A stretch of DNA of 64,000 bases from Eledone cirrhosa (Eukaryota). Position numbers and translations under genes: made by a program. Positions 46,291 to 61,280 of the stretch are shown in pieces; the stretch's first letter is position 1, and every line of letters begins with the position of its first letter. The stretch spans positions 346,704,001-346,768,000 of the forward strand of contig OZ024741.1 of assembly GCA_964016885.1 (NCBI GenBank). Reading direction: 5' to 3'. Under the pieces are notes generated by a model, which had not been told where the DNA came from, did not search any database, and saw nothing but the letters and a program-made list of their open reading frames with translations.

Positions 46291-46323
<33 letters not shown>

Positions 46324-47280
46324 TGCATATACGTATGCATGAGTGTGTATGTGTTATAATATTGATTAACTGGTTTAGCGTTTGCAACATTCCAGTATAC
46401 AGAGTAAACATATTTTCATCTACTATGTATTACAGAGTGAACTATTGCGTCCAAAACCAAATGCAAAGAGAAAGGAAACGGTGAAATAAAATACTTTAAC
46501 AAGATTGAACTTGTGATCCGCACGCTGATTAAGTTATCTGTTTATATATAGTGTTGTAAATTTGTTCTTTTGGGATGTATTAATTAAATCATTGATCATA
46601 TAGTTATTTTTTATTCAAAATGTTTGAAGAGATAAAAAATAAAAAATAAATCCAGATACTGAACAAACAATATGCAGACGATTCAGACGCTGCTGATATT
46701 GAGGCGAATAATGTATGGAAAGAACAAGAAATTTCATGTCAAATATTATACTATTAGTTTAACATAATATGAAATATGATAATTTTAAACTCAATATGGA
46801 ATCAATCGTTTTATATTCCACAGTTTATTAAAAACAGACAAAGCAGATACATATTATTCGGTATAAATTGGCGTCTCAATGTCTCTCCTGAATCGAGAAT
46901 GCCATCATACAATACATAACGTATGGTGGGAAGAAACCTGGCTATTATATGGTAGGTTAGGTTACATAAATAGTTTGGATTCACTTGTAGATAAAACATA
47001 CATCTGGTAAACTTACGTATATATACATACTTTAGCTGACCTTACATATTCATATGTTAGTATGCATATTCATACACACAGATATTTATACATAAAGCTA
47101 TATATATATATATATGAACAAATTCAGGATCCCGACGCCTGAGCTCTGGGAGTTTCAACAGCTAGATACGAACTCATTTTCCTATTTCCCATTGTACTAT
47201 CTCAAGTATCGAGTACTCTGGTAAGTAATGGTCTAACTGGTTTGACCACCACCAGTCTGATATATATATATATGTATATT

Positions 47281-47387
<107 letters not shown>

Positions 47388-47416
47388 GTATATATATATA
47401 TATGTATATATATATG

Positions 47417-47447
<31 letters not shown>

Positions 47448-47480
47448 GTGTGTATATATATGTATATGAATATATATATG

Positions 47481-47535
<55 letters not shown>

Positions 47536-47563
47536 GTATATATGTGTATTTATATGTATTTGA

Positions 47564-47615
<52 letters not shown>

Positions 47616-47616
47616 G

Positions 47617-47647
<31 letters not shown>

Positions 47648-47660
47648 GTATATATATATG

Positions 47661-47691
<31 letters not shown>

Positions 47692-47713
47692 GTGTGTATA
47701 TATATGTATATGA

Positions 47714-47893
<180 letters not shown>

Positions 47894-49550
47894 GTATATA
47901 TATGTATATATATATATGTATATATATATGTAGGAGGTGAGTTTTATTGTAGTACAATAAAGCAATGCAGATATCGGATAAGAAGCACTCTACAGTGTGT
48001 AGGACTGGAGTATACATAATATATAAGATCAAAAGATGGTTAAAAGAGTTCCATGTATTTTATTATGCGCATTTCAAAAACAAATATCATCATGCAATAA
48101 CATTTGTGTTTTCATCAGATAAAATAGAAAGACATGATATGAAGGTTAAAAACACTTGTGGATAGTGCAGTTTTAAGTCAACATATGAAAAGTAGTTTTA
48201 GATTGATGTGTGATATTGGGGAAACATTTTTTTGAGGGGGGAAGGGGGGGGGAAGATGAAAAAGAGGAGGAGATGAGAGTAAAAAGTGGAGGGGGAGGAG
48301 TATAATGAGGAAGGATGAGATAGGAGGAGAGATGGGTGATAGAGAGAGAGATAGCTTTTATAACTGAGAAAAATATATTGTTTTACATAGACAGGTTTAA
48401 AAACCGTTGGAAGATAATATATAAATTAAAAGAATTTGAAAATTAACGAGGAGAAAAATATATCACTCTTATTTATCACTTCCCTTTCTTCCTTTTCCTT
48501 TTCTTTTCTTTTTCTTTTAATTTCTAACCCCTAATCTGTACCTTTTCTCACTGTTGCCTAACATAGAAACAATTATTACACAATACAATATATTCTTACT
48601 TCATATCACCTTGAAAAAATCCTTCGTAAACATAAACATTTTTTTGACGTTAGATTATTCATCCTCTATTCATTATTTTTTTCTCACTTTCATCTAACTT
48701 ATTCATGCTCATCTCCCAATATATCCTTACCTACATTACTTTTGTTTTTTTCATAAAACATATCAACATTTTCTTTCCATCGCACATATTATTAAACCCT
48801 TAAATATTATTCTTAATACATATTAACATTTTCTTTCCATCGCACATATTATTAAACCCTTAAATATTATTCTTAATACATATTAACAATTTCTTTTCAT
48901 CGCACATATTATTAAACCCTTCAATATACAAACCTTAACTTTACATTATTTTTCTCTTCGTTAATTTTCAAATTCTTTTAATTTATACATTATCTTCCAA
49001 CGGTTTTTCAACCTCTCTATGTAAAACAATATATTTTTCTCAGTTATAAAAGCTATCTCTCTCTCTCTATCACCCATATCTCCTCCTATCTCATCCTTCC
49101 TCATTATACTCCTCCCCCTCCACTTTTTACTCTCATCTCCTCCTTTTTTTCACCCCCCCCCCCTCAGAAATTATTTTTTCCACAATATCACACATCAATC
49201 TAAAACTACTTTTCATATGTTGATTTAAAACTGCACTATCCACAAGTGTTTTTAACCTTTATATCATGTCTTCCTATTTTATCTGATGAACACAAATGTT
49301 ATTGCATGATGATATTTGTTTTTGAAATGCGCCTAATAAAATACATGGAACTCTTTTAACCATCTTTTGATCTTATATATTATGTATACTCCAGTCCTAC
49401 AAACTGTAGAGTGCTTCTTATTCGATATCTGCATTGCTTTATTGTACTACAATAAAACTCACCTCCTACATTAACTTGCTCCTTAACGGTTGAACGCTAA
49501 CTCTCATATTGGATACCTTTTGATGGTCCTTTACCTTTTTCTTCTACAAC

Positions 49551-51950
49551 ATGGATTATTACAACATAACCAATTCAACTAAAGACATTCCTATACCTGG
49601 TAAATCTGAATTCACCAAACTTCTAATTGAAAAAACTGACACCTTTGTAAGAAGACTTAGATGGATAGCTTATTTCTATGACCAGCGCCTAAAAGGGAAC
49701 TTCTATACCAAGGAACATAACTTCCTCGATCATCTATTTAATTCTAGAATAAATCCTCCTTCCAACAAAAATCTAGTGCAATTCGAGGAAGAGTTAACAA
49801 ATATTATAACAAATCTTAAATTCAAGAGATACCCTTACAAAGGACAAGAGCACCTTGTAAATCTCAAGAACACAATTTCAAACCTAAATTCCTCAAAAAA
49901 TGTTTTAGTCCACTCTGACAAAACCAATAATTTATAAGGTATTTCCAAGGATAATTATAACAACCTTATCCTAAAGGAACTTAGGAAAAAATATAGTAAA
50001 ACCAACCATGATAATTTAGAATCCATAAACTTTGAAGCCTCTGAGATTATGTCAAAACTTGGCATCGGAAAAAAGACCGAACCATTCCTCCCAAGAACTC
50101 TGATGATAAATCTCAAGGATCACAAAAACAATTTTCGCACTGAACTACCTGTTAGATTAATCGCCCCCTCTAAATCAAATCTGGGGGTTGTTAGTAAAGC
50201 CATCTTGGATAGAATTATCCCACAGGTTCGTTCTAATTGCTCTTCTTTGAACTTAAATTTATGGTTTGGTACTTCTGAAGTGATTGGCTGGTTCAACAAA
50301 TTGAATAATAAAAATAAACTAAAATGTGTTCAATTTAATATTGCCGGCTACTATTTCTTCTATTTCGCCTTCACTTCTCAACAATGCTCTATCTTTCGCA
50401 TTTAAATATTCTGACATCACCACATATGAACTTCACATCATCCTCACCGCACGTAAAACCATCCTTGAGTTCAACAATGAATATTGGACCAGAGCTGATA
50501 CCTCTAACAACTTCGACATCACAATGGGAGCATCCGATTTATCCCAATTGACAGATTTAATTGGTATCTTATTTTCAACTTTTTGAGTCGGAAAATTCCT
50601 CAACTTCGCGGTGGAATTTATCGTGACGATGGACTCTTTACTATCTTAAATTGCAACACAGTTAACCTTAATATTATTAAGAACAATATACGTAAACTCT
50701 TTAACCAACATAACCTAAAAATTGAATTTGATAACAGCATCAAACTAGCTAATTTCTCGGATGTATCTCTTAATCTTCACACTGGCCTATATTACCCTTA
50801 CCATAAAAAACAATGAGAACCTAAATTATGTTAATTTAAAATCTAACCACCCTACTAATATTAAGAATGCTATAGTTAGTAATATTGGAAAAATAATATC
50901 TAACCTATCTTCTAATAAAAACATCTTTGATGCTAACGCCAATTACTATAATAACGCGCTTTCTAAAGCCGGCTATCCTTATAAAATCAAATATAATAAA
51001 GAAACAAATTCTAGAAGATCTTACAGTAGAATAATTAATCATGATCATTCCAATAACTTTAATAAAAGACCTAGATACAAAAACATAATCTGGTATAATG
51101 CTCCTTTCTCCATTTCTATTAATAATAATATTCCTAAATTATTCTCTAGTGCCTTAAATAAATGCTTCCCTCCCTCACATATCTATAGTAAAATATTTTA
51201 CAAACACGCTATAAAATTTTCCTATTCGACATCCTCCAAAATTTCCAACATTATCTCTAAACACAACAATAAAATACTAAATACTAAATCTCTTCCTTCC
51301 AACACTGAATATCATAATAATAGTAATAGTACTCCCGACGTCATTGTAAACTCTAGGCTAATTTCTGCAAACCCAAATACAACGTCAAACACAACTTCGC
51401 TAAATGTTCTTAATCCCATTCTAAATCAAGAAACTATTATTCCTATCGCAAATAACTTCTCCAATCCAATTCCTTCTATAGATAACACTAGGTCACTCGT
51501 TAATAATCTCTCTAATCGCAATTGCAATTGCCCTGCTAAAAATAAATGTCCTCTCAACAACCATTGTCTTGATAAAAACTTAATCTACGAATGTAAAGTT
51601 ATAACTGACACAAATACCTTCACCTATTTTGGCTCCACTTCCACCTCCTTTAAAGCTCGTCTTTATAATCATCATTCGTCTTTTAAATACCAACTTAAAA
51701 GAACCAACACGGCTCTCTCAGAACTCATATGGTCCTTGAAAGACAAACATATTAAATATAACATCTCTTGGAAAAAGGTTTCTTCTGTTGCTCCATACTT
51801 GAACAGTTCTCTATCTAAGACTTGCAATCTCTGTCTAAATGTAAAATTTACCATTATATCTAATTTAGATTCTATAAGAAATAGACGCACTGACTTGTTT
51901 TCTCTCTGCTTGCATTAATTCCACAGAACATTCCCTAAAGTATACAGCTA
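49551..51950 (+). pseudogene. PLE J RT-GIY-YIG ORF with stops and frameshifts
   Basis: STKDIP, RRLRW, HSDKT, MGASD, YRDD, CNCPAKNKCPL, LIY...YFGST and CNLC spread over five ORF pieces. Confidence 0.9.
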
Positions 51951-52854
51951 ATATCCTAAACTTTATCAATTCAGAATCCTTTTCTCAAAGGCATATATAT
52001 ATATATATATATATACTTCTTTAAAAATATACCCATCTTTCTAGCTTATTTCAAAGTTATTTATTATACATTATATAATACTTGTCACTCATTCTATATC
52101 ACTCATATTTATCACTTCCCTTTCTTCCTTTTCCTTTTCTTTTCTTTTTCTTTTAATTTCTAACCCCTAATCTGTACCTTTTCTCACTGTTGCCTAACAT
52201 AGAAACAATTATTACACAATACAATATATTCTTACTTCATATCACCTTGAAAAAATCCTTCGTAAACATAAACATTTTTTTTGACGTTAGATTATTCATC
52301 CTCTATTCATGATTTTTTTCTCACTTTCATCTAACTTATTCATGCTCATCTCACAATACATTACTTTTGTTTTTTTCATAATACATATCAACATTTTCTT
52401 TCCATCGCACATATTATTAAACCCTTAAATATTATTCTTAATACATATTAACAATTTCTTTTCATCGCACATATTATTAAACCCTTCAATATACAAACCT
52501 TAACTTTACATTATTTTTCTCTTCGTTAATTTTCAAATTCTTTTAATTTATACATTATCTTCCAACGGTTTTTCAACCTCTCTATGTAAAACAATATATT
52601 TTTCTCAGTTATAAAAGCTATCTCTCTCACTCTATCACCCATCTCTCCTCCTATCTCATCCTTCCTCATTATACTCCTCCTCCTCCACTTTTTACTCTCA
52701 TCTCCTCTTCTTTTTCATCTTTTCGACCCCCACCCCCACCCCCCTCAAAAAGTTTTTTTCCCCAATATCACACATCAATCTAAAACTACGTTTCATATGT
52801 TGATTTAAAACTGCACTTTCCACAAGTCTTTTTAACCTTCATATCATGTCTTCC

Positions 52855-52925
52855 TATTTTATCTGATGAAAACACAAATGTTATTGCATGATGATATTTG
52901 TTTTTGAAATGCGCATAATAAAATA
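52855..52925 (+). ncRNA. Type I hammerhead ribozyme, family J
   Basis: tattttat CTGATGA aaacacaaatgtta...tgatatttgttttt GAAA tgcgca TA ataaaata. Confidence 0.88.
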
Positions 52926-52992
52926 CATGGAACTCTTTTAACCATCCTTTGATCTTATATATTATGTATATATATATGTATATATACATGTA

Positions 52993-53093
<101 letters not shown>

Positions 53094-53097
53094 GAAC

Positions 53098-53129
<32 letters not shown>

Positions 53130-53141
53130 GTATATATGTAC

Positions 53142-53179
<38 letters not shown>

Positions 53180-53180
53180 G

Positions 53181-53214
<34 letters not shown>

Positions 53215-53234
53215 TATGTACATATATATATATA

Positions 53235-53338
<104 letters not shown>

Positions 53339-53349
53339 AATATATATAT

Positions 53350-53830
53350 ATAAACGGAAAAAATGAAACGAAATTTCATTTCTCACTCTTAGTACGGCTG
53401 TTACTTAAATATAAGTATCTATACGTACATACATATATGCATGCAGACGTACAGTATATATATATATACATACATGTACACATACATATATGTACGTATG
53501 GATTTACCGAACATTTATTATAATGCTCGGTGTGTTTGTAAACAAACATCCCGAATTAAGCCGTACAGTGTTTAGCAGCCATCGTTGATCTTTTGTTCAA
53601 CACTGACAAAGGAACGATATATTATTTTAAAGCTTATTAGCTATCGTCAGCACCGTATACCTTCCTGCCAGATGAATGAACGCCTGAAAGTATATACTTT
53701 CCTTGTGCATATTAACGGCTAAGCAGCCTAATTTGCATGCCGAGTGAGTTAATCGGCCGGGCGTACCGAAAATGATAAACGGAAAAAATGAAACGAAATT
53801 TCATTTCTCATTCTTAGTACGGCTGCTACT
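53350..53830 (-). mobile_element. Family D element, third (decayed) locus
   Basis: About 1.15 units with a degenerate HHR at about 53613-53656. Confidence 0.7.
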
Positions 53831-54100
53831 AGTATCGAGTACTCTGGTAGGTTATGGTCTCGCCGGTTTTTACCATACTCTATCTGATATATATATGTAT
53901 AAATATAAATTATTATTATGAATTATAAATTTAGTGGTATATATAATTCGTTGACAGCTCTTTTTGGCTGTGACCTCTTCAGGCAATCCGAATTGGTGTG
54001 GAAAAGACAGTTACACATGTTGTTGAAGTGAGTTTCACTATGTCAATACATCGATATGTCCAGCTCCTGGGTGTGTTGTTAGTCCTCCGAGTAACTGGAA

Positions 54101-54165
<65 letters not shown>

Positions 54166-54168
<3 letters not shown>

Positions 54169-54430
54169 GATATTAAACAAATGGAAACTATATTTATAAA
54201 ACCATATTTATTTCGTTATATATATTTCTGGGATATCATATTAAAAATATGGTATGCCTTCCTCAGACAAAATACAATACGTAAGCTGTTTTATAAATAA
54301 TTTTGACATACCTTATAATAATGCAACTTCCATTTAAAAAGTTGCAACTTCCATTTAAAACTGTTGAGTGCTTTTATATCAGTTATAAAATATTTACTCG
54401 TTGTAACCCAACAATTTTAAATAAAACTTT

Positions 54431-54434
<4 letters not shown>
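54166..54434. mobile_element. Family B solo pLTR fold-back
   Basis: Near-identical to 8910-9085 joined to the 15548-15623 tail. Confidence 0.8.
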
Positions 54435-54483
<49 letters not shown>

Positions 54484-54487
54484 GAAA

Positions 54488-54638
54488 TTATCTACCTTCT
54501 TCAACTGAACTCCATTCATGTTGAGTGCACTGCGCAGGCTTCCTTGAGAGGACAACTATCTCAGCTTTTGCTGCACAGATTTTCATTCTAACCATGCAGC
54601 ACTCGGCATCAAACCTATCATGAGTAAATCGGAGCACT

Positions 54639-54640
<2 letters not shown>
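54488..54640 (-). pseudogene. RTE-clade LINE RT fragment
   Basis: [31 protein letters not shown] resembles the RTE segment after YADD (DRF..EC...GMKIS..KTEVMVL). Confidence 0.6.
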
Positions 54641-54736
<96 letters not shown>

Positions 54737-54742
54737 AATATT

Positions 54743-54786
<44 letters not shown>

Positions 54787-54862
54787 TATATATATATAAA
54801 TATATATATATATTCATATAAATATATATATATATTTATATATATAAATATATATATATATT

Positions 54863-54911
<49 letters not shown>

Positions 54912-55635
54912 ATAATAATACTATAATTTAACAATATAATAATATAATAATAATACTATAATATATATATATATTGTAATAATAATAATAGTTTCAGAAG
55001 ATTTCGTTAAGGGTGAAAGCAGCGATTCTTTGCTTAAACTTTAATCTGTTATTTTAATAAAAATATATATATATAAAACATGAAAAGAAAGAAGAATACT
55101 GCGTGGTTTGCACATGGATTACATATGATGAAAATAGTCCTTCGACAGTGATTTTCCAACCATCATTGGTATTTCATCGCATTAAAAATCAGATAGCTCC
55201 GGTTAGTGCGAGCAATAACTAAAAAAAGTTATTGGGACCAGATTTCGCGTAAGGCGAGGGGGACAATTAAACAACATAGAAGGATAAAAGCAAGCCGAAG
55301 ACAGGAAAATAAACAAGCAACATGGTTGTCCGGTCAGCATAAGCTGGGTGGATTTCATGAGCGAGAGATTTACAGACCGTGTTGATGTGTGTGAGATGTG
55401 AGCAAGAAGAGACCCACACAAGCCAAACGGGAGGAAGTGTGAAGGGGAGAAACAGAGAGTGAGTGAGTGGAAGTGTGAGGAAGAGGTCAGTCGAGAGAAA
55501 GTGTAACTGACAGTGGGGGCGAAAGAAGGTGAGAGAAACAGAGAGAGCGGGGCAGCAGTAAGACAGAAACAGACAAACGCAGCCGAGGTAAATATATATA
55601 AAAAACATGAGAAGAAAGAAGATATATATATAAGA

Positions 55636-55687
<52 letters not shown>

Positions 55688-56225
55688 CGGCGATGAATTA
55701 GTTTTGCGAGGTTTTTTATATGAAATCGTGTGTCGAAACAAATATTGTTATACTTGGGGAGGGTCATATTTGTGTAATATTGCCAGAATTAATAACAGAA
55801 CACACTCACTGTTTGGTTGGTTTTCGCTTCTCGCTTCTGTGTCTTTTATATCGGTAATCTAACTTACTCGGTCCTCAATGTTGCCATTCTCTGACCGACG
55901 GTCAAAAATGATACAGATATAATATAGACACACACACATATACAGTTTATCATAAATCTTTCGTTGCACATCTGCAACATCGTCAGTGGTGTTATATCTT
56001 CCTCCTGTTGTATTGTATGTCTACGCCATTTTTATTCAGTCTGTCCATATATTTATTTATTTATTTGCTTGTTTGTTTATTTTATTTTGTCTTCTTTGCG
56101 CATGCGTTTGCGTGTGTGTATAGTGTTTTGTTTGCTGTGTGATGGGTGACTAGTGTGTGTTTATGTGCTTGTTGTTATTGTGCTTGTGTATGTATTTATT
56201 TATTTATTTATTTTATTTTATTTAC

Positions 56226-56500
56226 TTATTTATACTTCTCAGTGTTGTTTGTTTGGTTGTTGTTGTTATTCCATTCATTATTTCTGTTTAGCCTTGGTCT
56301 TCTAATTTCTATTTCACTGGCCTCTCTGATTTGCCTATCTGCTGGGTCATTTCTATGTTTAGATATTATTCTAATTTCTATGTTGTCTATGTTACCGTCA
56401 TGTTGTTGTCTAGCATGTTCGTATAGTACTGACCCGTTTTTCCGTCCTTTTAGTTCCCCCCAGTGTTGGTCTATCCTTTCACCCAAAGAGGTCTCGATAA
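56226..56500 (-). pseudogene. C-terminal half of a GIY-YIG endonuclease from another PLE lineage
   Basis: ERIDQH...SVLYEHARQQH...RQIREASEI...PRLNRNNEW; cut at its 5' side by the family G insertion. Confidence 0.7.
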
Positions 56501-56504
56501 GGAT

Positions 56505-59500
56505 AAATATATGTCAAATATATAAGAACCGTAGAGCAAATATTTATTAAAATAACAGATTAAAGTTTAAGCAAAGAATCGCTGCTTTCACCCTTAACAG
56601 GATCTTCTGAAACTAACAAAGTCAATCTGTAAACGCAGAAGTTGATATTTCAAAAAACCTTGCAACCGGAGGAAGACAGGAAGACGATACTTTGGTTCGT
56701 GGAAACGTTCCCTGGCAAAGAACGGGAAAAAACGAATATCATTCGTCATTAATAGGAGCGGTAAAAAACAATTACACGCAAAGACAGAACCACGTTTATG
56801 GTGTAAAAGATGTCGTAGACTAATGTTCTCTTGGGTGGTTCATAGAGATGTTCTCTGGCAATGAACGGAAAAAAACGAAGATAATACGTCATATGTGGAT
56901 CGTGGAGAACAATTGCACGCAGAGACAAAACCACGTAAATGGTATAACTGAAGTCGTAGACTAAAATTCTAACTAGGAAACCGAATGAATCTCCGCTTCA
57001 AAGTTAAGAATAAAGTAAATAAAATACAATACAGAGATAATAGAAATTAAATAAATACATACACGCATGCAAATACGTACATACACAAGCATACGCGAAA
57101 ACACTTGCCATAGGTATACAAAACCACACACATATAAATATGTGTGTGTGTGTGTGTATACAAATAAATAAATAATTAAATAAACGTATATAAATAAATA
57201 AACACGTATATAACAAGCGCACACACATAGCTACATGTAAATACACAAATGTTCGGAGACGACGTCAACCAAAACATGAAGTACACATATACGCACACAG
57301 TACATACGTATGAACCTGCATACTGACACAGACGCAAAAGTCCATTCCGACAAAACTGGCAACCTATATCAAGTGGAGCGCAGTACTTACCATCAACAAC
57401 TACATAATGCTGTAACCAAGGATTACCGTAAAACTAATCGGTGCGTCATCAATGAAATCAACGATGCTGGGTTTAAAATCACCTCTGATCTCAACATCCT
57501 GGACCGACCGAACCTCTGGACCCTATTTCTTCCCACTTTACCCTGAAGGATCACAAATCCAATTTTCCGAACAACCCCTCTATTCGGCTTATTAACCCTA
57601 CGAAGTCCGATTTAGGTAGAGTTAGTAAAAGGATTCTTGATAGAATTATACCTGAAATTAGAAGTTTGGTCCGTCTTGCACTGTGGAACAATTCTTTCGC
57701 GGTTATTGATTGGTTCAACGGCATATGCAACAAGGAACATTGCCGTTTTATCCAATTCGACATCAACAATTACTACTCCTCCATCACTTTACCACTTCTC
57801 CTTAGAGCTATCAATTTCGCTAAAACACTCACCATGGTTAAGGATTTCGAGGTTGATGTCATGCTCAATGCCCGTAAGTCGGTGATTAATTTCGACGACT
57901 CTATTTTGATTAAAAAATCCAATAGTACCCCATTCGACGTGAGTATGGGCGCCAGCGATTCTGCGGAGGTTACTGATCTTATCGGCCTTTTCCTTCTTTT
58001 CTCTATCAAGAACGAATTGCCCAACGCGGGAGGTGGTTTGTACCGTGATGATGGTCTTTTTACAACGACTAAGTCCGGACCTCGTGCTTGCGACAGGTTC
58101 AGAAAAGATCTCACAGCCCTCTTTAAAGGCTTTAACCTCTCTATACAGGTTGTGGCCAATCTCTCGGTCGTTAATTACCTCGACGTTACCCACAATTTAT
58201 CGAAAGGCTTGTATTACCCGTATAGAAAGCCGAATGATACGCTTAATTACATAAGTAAGCATTCCAACCATCCTGCCAGCATAACCGAGAACCTGGTAAG
58301 AAACGTTTCGTTGAGGCTTTCCCGTCTATCTACTAACGAGCATATTTTCAACGACCATTCCACTTATTACAATGAAGCTCTTGCTCGGAGTGGATTTGTC
58401 GATAAGGTAGCATATACAGAGTACGAAAATAGACCTAGAAGAAATAGATCCCGTCGCATTTGTTGGTATAACCCACCATATAATAAGAAGGTGGCCACAA
58501 CATTAGTTAAGATCTTTCTCTCCCTTATTACGAAGAATTTTACCCCTACACATAAATATAAAAACATTTTTAATAGAAATACCATTAAAATTTCTTACTC
58601 TACAACTCCTAACCTTGCACATAACATCACAGCTTCAAATTTAGCTAAACTACCTAGCCGTAGGAACACGTGCAACCCTGTAGTTAGTACTAACTGTAAT
58701 TGTAGGAATCGGGTTGATTGCCACCTATCCGGGAAATGCCTCTCTAGTAACATTGTCTACAAATGTAATGTTGAAACACCCACGTCCTGTAGGGCCTACA
58801 TAGGGCTAACCGCCAATAGATTCAAGCAGCGTCTCTACATGCATACCTATTCTTTTCGTTACCCTCTAAGAAGGAATATGACGTCACTTTCAGCTTATAT
58901 CTGCAGTCTAAAAGACAACCACACCCAATATAAGTTACACTGGGAGATCCTAGCTAGGGCTAGATCGTATAACGGAAATAAAAGACCATGTGACCTCTGC
59001 GCCGCTGAGGCCCTGGAAATACTCTACTCAAAATACCACATCTTAAACAAAAAATCTGAGGCTATTTCGGCTTGTAAACATAAATTGCACAAAACTTTCC
59101 TCTATTACAGCCCCACATTGTACCCTAACGGATAGTACGATCTATACGTGGATATTTTACGTCTAGATGTGGTAGCTAAGTATATGTTATGTTTATACCA
59201 TTACTTATTTGCATAGGTAAGTATATATTACCTGTATGTTTTGTGAAGGTACGTATACTTTCTTGTACGTATATTTGATTGTATATGTTATGGCGTATAC
59301 TTTTATATATTCTGGTACATATGGTTTGGTTATGTGTATACGGGAGTTTTGCGTCTGTGTGAGTATGGAGGTTCGTACATATGTAGGGTGTGCATATATG
59401 TGTACTTCATGTTTTGGTTGACGTCGTCTCCGAATATTTGTGTATTTACATGTAGGTATGTGTGTGCGTTTGTTATATACGTATTTATTTATTTATATAC

Positions 59501-59793
59501 GTTTATTTAATTATTTATTTATTTGTTTCCACACACACACATATTTATATGTGCGTGGTATTGTATACCTATGGCAAGTGTTTTCGCGTATGCTTGTGTA
59601 TGTACGTATTTGCATGCGTGTATATATTTATTTAATTTCAATTACCTCTGTATTTTACATACTTTATTCTTAACTCTGAAGCGGAGATTCATTCGGTTTA
59701 CTAGTTAGAATTTTAGTCTACGACTTCAGTTATACTATTTACGTGGTTATGTCTTTGCGTGAAATTATTCTCCACGCTCCACATAGGACATAT
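56505..59793 (+). mobile_element. PLE family G (Hydra-clade-like), 5'-truncated, with an 830-bp inverted 3' UTR/pLTR
   Basis: 56505-57337 is an inverted 3' UTR; the plus-strand 3' end is interrupted at about 59793 by family K. Confidence 0.88.
57338..59135 (+). pseudogene. PLE G RT-GIY-YIG ORF lacking the N-terminus, one frameshift at about 57507
   Basis: VHSDKTGN, LKDHK, QFDI, MGASDS, YRDD, CNCRNRVDCHL, NIVY...YIGLT, CDLC and CKH. Confidence 0.9.
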
Positions 59794-60392
59794 TACTTAC
59801 TTAAGTTTCACTCCAACTAATTAGTTTCTGAAAGGGGATATACATAGTCTTCAAATGGAGTCCATGGAGAATCCTTTCTTCACCAGGGAGACTTTCGCGG
59901 CTAAGGTTCCTGGCAATACGCGGACACAGGGAACTTATTAAAAAATAATTCAGTGGATGGAAAAAAGCAAGTGCGGAATAAATTCCAAGACATTGAAAAT
60001 GTCACTGCCTTCATGGTCAGTGGCAAATTCAAAAGAATCAATCACATGACATCTAGGTTAATCTTTTTAACACCCCACTCATCACTGATTAACTTAGAAG
60101 TAACATGATTGATTCTTTTGAATTTGCCACTGACCAAGAAGGTAGTGAAATTTTCAATGTCTTGGAATTTAGTCAGCGCTTCCTTTTTTCCATCCACTGA
60201 ATTATTTTTGTATAAGTTCCCTGTATCCGCATATTGTCAGGAATCTTAGCCGAGAATGTTTCCCTGATGAAGAAAGGATTCTCCATGGTCTCCATTTGAA
60301 GACTATGTATATCCCCTTTCAGAAACTAATTAGTTGGAGTGAAACTTAAGTACGTAAGTTAATTACTATAATTTTCTTATCTTACGTCTTTT
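59794..60392. mobile_element. Family K-related pLTR palindrome; plus-strand HHR at 60259-60340
   Basis: Arms centred at about 60075; ttcc CTGATGA agaaagg...cctttca GAAA ctaattag TT ggag. Confidence 0.82.
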
Positions 60393-61202
60393 ATATATAT
60401 ATATATATATATAAATGGTGGGTTAAATAGACAGCCTTTGTTCACGGATGACCATGTATTTTGCAGCTGAAATGTCCCTCCACCTAGACATTTGTTCATC
60501 TTTTCCAATCTTTCCTTACCACACCACCGATGGATATTCCAAGGAAAAAACGAGGGCCGATACAGATTGGCAACAGTGACTTCGCAACTTATTTCTATAT
60601 CTAGGTTACACGTCTCAATATAATAAAAGAAAGCTTATAATCTAAAATCAAATTTGAAACGTCTTAAATTATGTTGCAAAAGTTTTGAATTACTTGCGGC
60701 AGATAGAAAACATGGTGAGCTATGATTTGCAGCGGTGTTAAAGATTTTGAACTTGCCAGATTTAAAGACACTGAAACGAGATTAATAGCAATAGCCTTGG
60801 GAACCATTCTCATTATTTCTTTAAATGTTCTTTATGCACAAATGTAAGCACATCTCACGGTTGTCTGTAATCACACCAGTGCGCCAATTCGAGTAATCAA
60901 CAGACAAATTATAAGAATTTCATCCAGGATAAACCGTTTCAATACCATATCTGTCAAAATACTTCCAATGTACGTGGAGGATTGCATTGGCCCTTGAAAA
61001 ATCATAATAAACATGCAGAAAATGGAGTCAATGCTTAACTGATACATTGCTGCGGTGTATTAAGTCAGTTCTTCAAATGCCTTTCAAATATCAAACGTCA
61101 TTTAAGATCTCACTTCAAGAAGGAGTGTTATTATAGGTATAAGAAGCGATTAAGCTATGCAGACAACCCCCTCTGTCTCCCCCTCTCTCCTTCTCTCTCT
61201 CT

Positions 61203-61280
<78 letters not shown>

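Larger units (their letters stand above)
47930..52968 (+). mobile_element. PLE family J (Hydra-clade-like): inverted pLTR, direct pLTR, ORF, 3' pLTR
   Basis: 47930-48460 inverted; 48461-49388 repeated at about 52097-52968; HHRs at 48056-48126 (-), 49275-49343 (+) and 52855-52925 (+). Confidence 0.9.

Noticed and set aside
46640-47000. QYADD-containing and FLPTIRYVLYDG short frames as RT or exons
   Set aside because: Too short, no flanking RT motifs and weak splice signals.
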